DNA of 64,000 nucleotides from an uncultured cyanobacterium (GTDB lineage Bacteria; Cyanobacteriota; Cyanobacteriia; Cyanobacteriales; CAWCAG01): NCBI GenBank assembly GCA_963793425.1, contig CAWCAG010000005.1, positions 1,504,001 to 1,568,000 of the forward strand, read 5' to 3'. Shown piece by piece: positions 60,508 to 64,000 of this stretch (position 1 is its first letter; each line of letters starts with the position of its first letter). The notes under the pieces were generated by a model. It saw only the letters and a program-made list of their open reading frames with translations, ran no database searches and was not told where the DNA came from. The position numbers and the translations under genes were made by a program.

Positions 60508-60628
60508 TAGGTAATAAGTGAGTTGCTTTTCTTGAAAATTAATCGAGGTTGAACAACTAAAAAACAAAAGGAAATTAGTATTTTTTAGAGCTATTCCTCT
60601 TTTACTTCTGCTTCTTTCGACCATCGCC

Positions 60629-61996
60629 TCAGCTTCTCGAAGTAATTAAATTAAAATACTCTAAAGACTTCCCTCGCACCATACAATTAGCCGCTTCAAT
60701 GATAGTTTCTTCTGCATAGGGTTTGGTAAAGTGTCCCCAAGCCCCCAACTGTTGCCACAGAGGAGGCTGAATCATCTTATTTATTCCTCGGCTAGTTAGT
60801 ATTGCTACGGGAATCCCTTGTAAATGCTCACTTTTTTTAAGCCTTTTGAGAAATTCATAGCCATCCATACGGGGCATTTCAATATCAGCAAAAATGGCAT
60901 CACAATGTAAGCCTTCTTGCAATAACTCCCATGCTTCTTTTCCATCTCGCGCTTTGATGATGTTGTAACCTGCCTTAGTGAAAGTCATGTCTAAGAGTTC
61001 CCGCACAGTAATAGAATCGTCAATAACCAAAAGGGTAGAGGAATTGGCTTTAGCTGCACCTACTCCTTCTGTGATTACTACTCCTGTCATATCTGCGGTT
61101 TTAAGATTGGTATCTTGGAAAGTGGTACGGATCAATTGGGAGTTATTCAGCTTAGTATGATGGGCGATCGCTTCTATAAACTGACAATCTACAATGATAC
61201 TCCCCTGTAGATTCGCCCCTGTTAAATCAGTTCCTTGTAAGCTTACCTGTTTTAAGGTTGCCCAGTGCAAATTGACCCCCTGCAAGTCTAGCTCATCCAA
61301 ACTAGTATTTTCTAGCCAAGCCCGTTGGAAATTGCGGTTTCCCTCTGTAAGTTGAGCTTCAACGGCTCTAGAATCTAAATATTTTGCTCTTTGATCCAAT
61401 AGCTTTGCAATTAAAAGTGCGATTCCAGTTGCAACAACTTCAGGTTTAGCCTGCTTTCTGCCAATTTCCTGCCAAGCCTCCTTTGCTTCTTCTGCCTGCC
61501 ATTCAATTCCTGCAAACTCCTCATACAAAGTCTTCGCAAAGCCTCCAGTACAACCCACTGGCAAAACCATCCCCCCTGACCCCAATGCCCAACGTGCTTC
61601 TTGTTCCGTCCCTGGGCCTCCTTCTAAGAGCAAATAAATCGGAGCAGCATGAGCCAAAACGAAGCGTCTTTGTTTTAAGGTTTGCCCCGCCGTTAGATTA
61701 TGACCATAATCCCAAGGAAGAAAGCCCTGGGGCTGAACATGAAATACAGGAGGATTATCATCTCCTCCTCCCTGACGATGTTGGTAAAAGCTACGGGATA
61801 CTGCTTCGGGAATACCAGAAACCCCACCAGTTAAAATTGCTATCTCTGTTAGTGCAGCTAACTTGCGCCCTGTGGCATAGCAAATGGCTTCGGTAGACTT
61901 TTGCCAAAAAGAGGTGCTACCAATAATGGCAACTTGGCGAGGGGTAGAAAAGTGACATCGCAAACCAGCAACTAGGGTATCTAGGTTGAGAGACAT
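60629..61996 (-). CDS. SLOG/LOG-like + pentapeptide-repeat + receiver domain fusion
   Basis: VAIIGS, LTGGVSG, RR..L, EGGPGTEQE, TGGFA; pentapeptide stretch; REC VIDDS, ADIEMPRMDG, LTS, TKP. Confidence 0.75.
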   Translation of the reverse strand: MSLNLDTLVAGLRCHFSTPRQVAIIGSTSFWQKSTEAICYATGRKLAALTEIAILTGGVSGIPEAVSRSFYQHRQGGGDDNPPVFHVQPQGFLPWDYGHNLTAGQTLKQRRFVLAHAAPIYLLLEGGPGTEQEARWALGSGGMVLPVGCTGGFAKTLYEEFAGIEWQAEEAKEAWQEIGRKQAKPEVVATGIALLIAKLLDQRAKYLDSRAVEAQLTEGNRNFQRAWLENTSLDELDLQGVNLHWATLKQVSLQGTDLTGANLQGSIIVDCQFIEAIAHHTKLNNSQLIRTTFQDTNLKTADMTGVVITEGVGAAKANSSTLLVIDDSITVRELLDMTFTKAGYNIIKARDGKEAWELLQEGLHCDAIFADIEMPRMDGYEFLKRLKKSEHLQGIPVAILTSRGINKMIQPPLWQQLGAWGHFTKPYAEETIIEAANCMVRGKSLEYFNLITSRS

Positions 61997-62278
61997 GATT
62001 GACAGAAGTTAAACAAAAGAGGGTGAAAAAATCAATTAACACAGATTTTATTCTAGGGACTCAGGCATTTAAAGATAGAGTGTTCCACCTCAATTACTGT
62101 CAATACTTTTTCAATACAATTGTTATTCAAGAACGGATAATGGCTAATTATCCATTGCTAAGTTTGTTACCCTAGCTAATAATCGGGGCAATTTAATCAA
62201 GAGATAATTGAATTTACTAAATATTTAGCTCAAATTGTGCCTTGAGAGGGTTGAGCTAAATTCAAAAGCTGATTAGCG

Positions 62279-63937
62279 TTGAGCAAAATGGTTAAAACCA
62301 AATCAAAGAAAAAATCTCCAGGAGGCAAAAACAATCAGCCTATCCTGAGTAGAGAAGAATCAATTGCCCAGCAACGGAAAGCTAAGCAAGCTAAGCAAAA
62401 ACTAATTAAAACCATCTTTACCGGTTTAGGTATTGGCATCCTTTTTGGTATGCCAGCTATGGCAGCAGTTAGCCCTATCATCGGCTTAGGAGTGATGCTA
62501 GCCATCCCCACCCTTCTATTTTGCTATGCCTATCCTAGTTTGGGGCTGTGGCTATTCCTCATTTATTTACCTTTCAGCGGTACAGTAACTTACTGGATTG
62601 GGGGAGGAAATGCTCTTTTCAGTTTAGCTAAAGATGCTTTTTATATTCCCGCTTTATTTGGTATGTTGCGGGAATACAAACGAAAAAGAGAACGTCTGCC
62701 GATCCCGAAAAACTTAACCTTAACCTTTAGCTTATCCCTAGTTTTAGCTGTAATGACCCTGCTTTTAGTTAATGGTAGCTTACAGCTTGCTGGTTCAGGA
62801 GAAGGCGTTCCTTTCTTACAAGGAGTTTTAGGCTTAAAAGTTCTTTTAGGCTATGTTCCTCTAATTGTTTGTGCCATTTATTTAATCAAAACAAAAAAAG
62901 AATTACTTATTTGTACCCGCCTCCATTTAATCTTGGCAATTATTTGCTGTGTCCTGGGGGTGATGCAGTATTTAATGTTAGATAGCGGTACTTGTGTGGG
63001 AACTCGTAATGCTGTGGGGGAAGAGTTATTCAAAGCAACTGTAGAAGCAAAATGTTTGGTAGGAGGTTCTGTTGCTTTTGCCCCTTCCCAAGATATGATT
63101 CGTTTGCCGGGAACTTTCCCTTCTCCTTGGCACTGGGCTTGGTTTTTAATTGCTAATAGTGTCTTAACCTATACTGTTGCTTTTGGTGATCCTTCCTTTT
63201 TCTGGCGCATGGGAGGTATAGCAGGTATGGTGTTGGTATTTGCTAATGCCGTTGTTTCTGGACAACGAATTGCCTTGGCATTAGTACCTGTGGTTACGAT
63301 TATATTACTGGTTTTAACTGGACAATTAGCTAACCTAAAAAGATTTATCCCTATTGGTGGGTTGCTAGCCTTAGCCTTAGTTTTTGCTATCAGCAAAAAT
63401 CCTGATATAGTTCAAGAAAGGATTGATAGTTTCCAAAGTCGGGCAGAAGCTTCTCCTCCCCAAGCTTTTATTGAAGAGCAGTTTCGCTGGGCTTTTGAGT
63501 CTTCTGAAGGGTTTTTGGGGATGGGTTTAGGGCGGGCTACTAATTCTACTAGGGTGTTTGGTAAAGTTTCTTTGGTAGAAACCTATTACCCGAAACTTAT
63601 TTATGAAATGGGCTTACTGGCAACTTTAGCCTTTTTGTTTTTTTTAACCAATATAGTTTACGTCGGCTTCAAGAATTATCGTGCTGTTCGTGATAAGAAT
63701 TTACGTTCTTTAGGTTCAAGTTTGTGGGTATTTGTTTTAATTATCAGCTACAACACTTACTGGTATCCTTTAGATACAGAACCTGTTAATGTTTATTACT
63801 GGTTTTTTGCTGGGGTAATTCTACGTTTAGGGGAAATTAATCGGCAAGAAGAAGAGAAGCGTATAGAAGCAGAAGAAAATGATCCTATTTTGCAAAAGAA
63901 ACTCAGAAGGAAGCTAAAAAAGAAACAAACAGCTTGA
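62279..63937 (+). CDS. hpsL: Hormogonium-polysaccharide-type membrane protein HpsL (O-antigen ligase/polymerase-like)
   Basis: Polytopic; RLPGTF.SPW.W, SGQR, GLGRATNS, ETYYPK, NTYWYPLD; start may be ATG 62288. Confidence 0.75.
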   Translation: MSKMVKTKSKKKSPGGKNNQPILSREESIAQQRKAKQAKQKLIKTIFTGLGIGILFGMPAMAAVSPIIGLGVMLAIPTLLFCYAYPSLGLWLFLIYLPFSGTVTYWIGGGNALFSLAKDAFYIPALFGMLREYKRKRERLPIPKNLTLTFSLSLVLAVMTLLLVNGSLQLAGSGEGVPFLQGVLGLKVLLGYVPLIVCAIYLIKTKKELLICTRLHLILAIICCVLGVMQYLMLDSGTCVGTRNAVGEELFKATVEAKCLVGGSVAFAPSQDMIRLPGTFPSPWHWAWFLIANSVLTYTVAFGDPSFFWRMGGIAGMVLVFANAVVSGQRIALALVPVVTIILLVLTGQLANLKRFIPIGGLLALALVFAISKNPDIVQERIDSFQSRAEASPPQAFIEEQFRWAFESSEGFLGMGLGRATNSTRVFGKVSLVETYYPKLIYEMGLLATLAFLFFLTNIVYVGFKNYRAVRDKNLRSLGSSLWVFVLIISYNTYWYPLDTEPVNVYYWFFAGVILRLGEINRQEEEKRIEAEENDPILQKKLRRKLKKKQTA

Positions 63938-64000
63938 TTTTTGTTGCCGTAGCTAACAACTAAGGGCAACCTAAAAAGGGATACTTTTTAAACCAAAGTT

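Larger units (their letters stand above)
4643..61171. repeat. HIP1 octamer GCGATCGC, at least 30 dispersed copies
   Basis: Counted by eye; far more than expected for an 8-mer in 64 kb of AT-rich DNA. Confidence 0.9.

Noticed and set aside
5805..63396. Many short antisense or alternate-frame track ORFs (e.g. 19175-19537, 36545-36964, 44015-44308, 53188-53511, 60262-60624, 61483-61896)
   Set aside because: They overlap well-supported genes and carry no recognisable motifs; shadow ORFs.

Overview
Cyanobacterial chromosomal window: at least 30 HIP1 octamers (GCGATCGC) counted by eye, plus cphA/cphB, cyanobacterial gshA, an SLH-porin, hpsL and heptameric STRR tracts. Most of it is core genes (thiL, cyclophilin, DUF445, ubiE/menG, der, ecfT, menH, ABC1 kinase, recA, tRNA-Met, LysM/M23 peptidase, trmL, gshA, mscS, cphAB, trmD, two Ser/Thr kinases, FHA-PBP1A, cellulose synthase). 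Accessory pieces: (1) a polymorphic-toxin-like gene with a degenerate DUF4157 region and an unannotated candidate immunity gene at the left edge; (2) the best candidate for an undescribed system, an MFS / Rieske oxygenase / divergent serine-palmitoyltransferase-like enzyme / bacterial ceramide-synthase-like GNAT / membrane GH3 cluster, suggesting a sphingolipid- or aminolipid-like pathway; (3) an orphan CRISPR array of 40 spacers with intact leader and no cas genes in the window, including two spacers that appear to hit the same codons of two related invaders; (4) a CxC-hook SMC/DndD-like ATPase coupled to an unannotated 58-aa ORF; (5) a SLOG-pentapeptide-receiver fusion; (6) a DUF819 gene that seems to need an ATT start; (7) several tiny mobile or repeat elements. 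All family assignments come from motif recognition by eye, not database searches.
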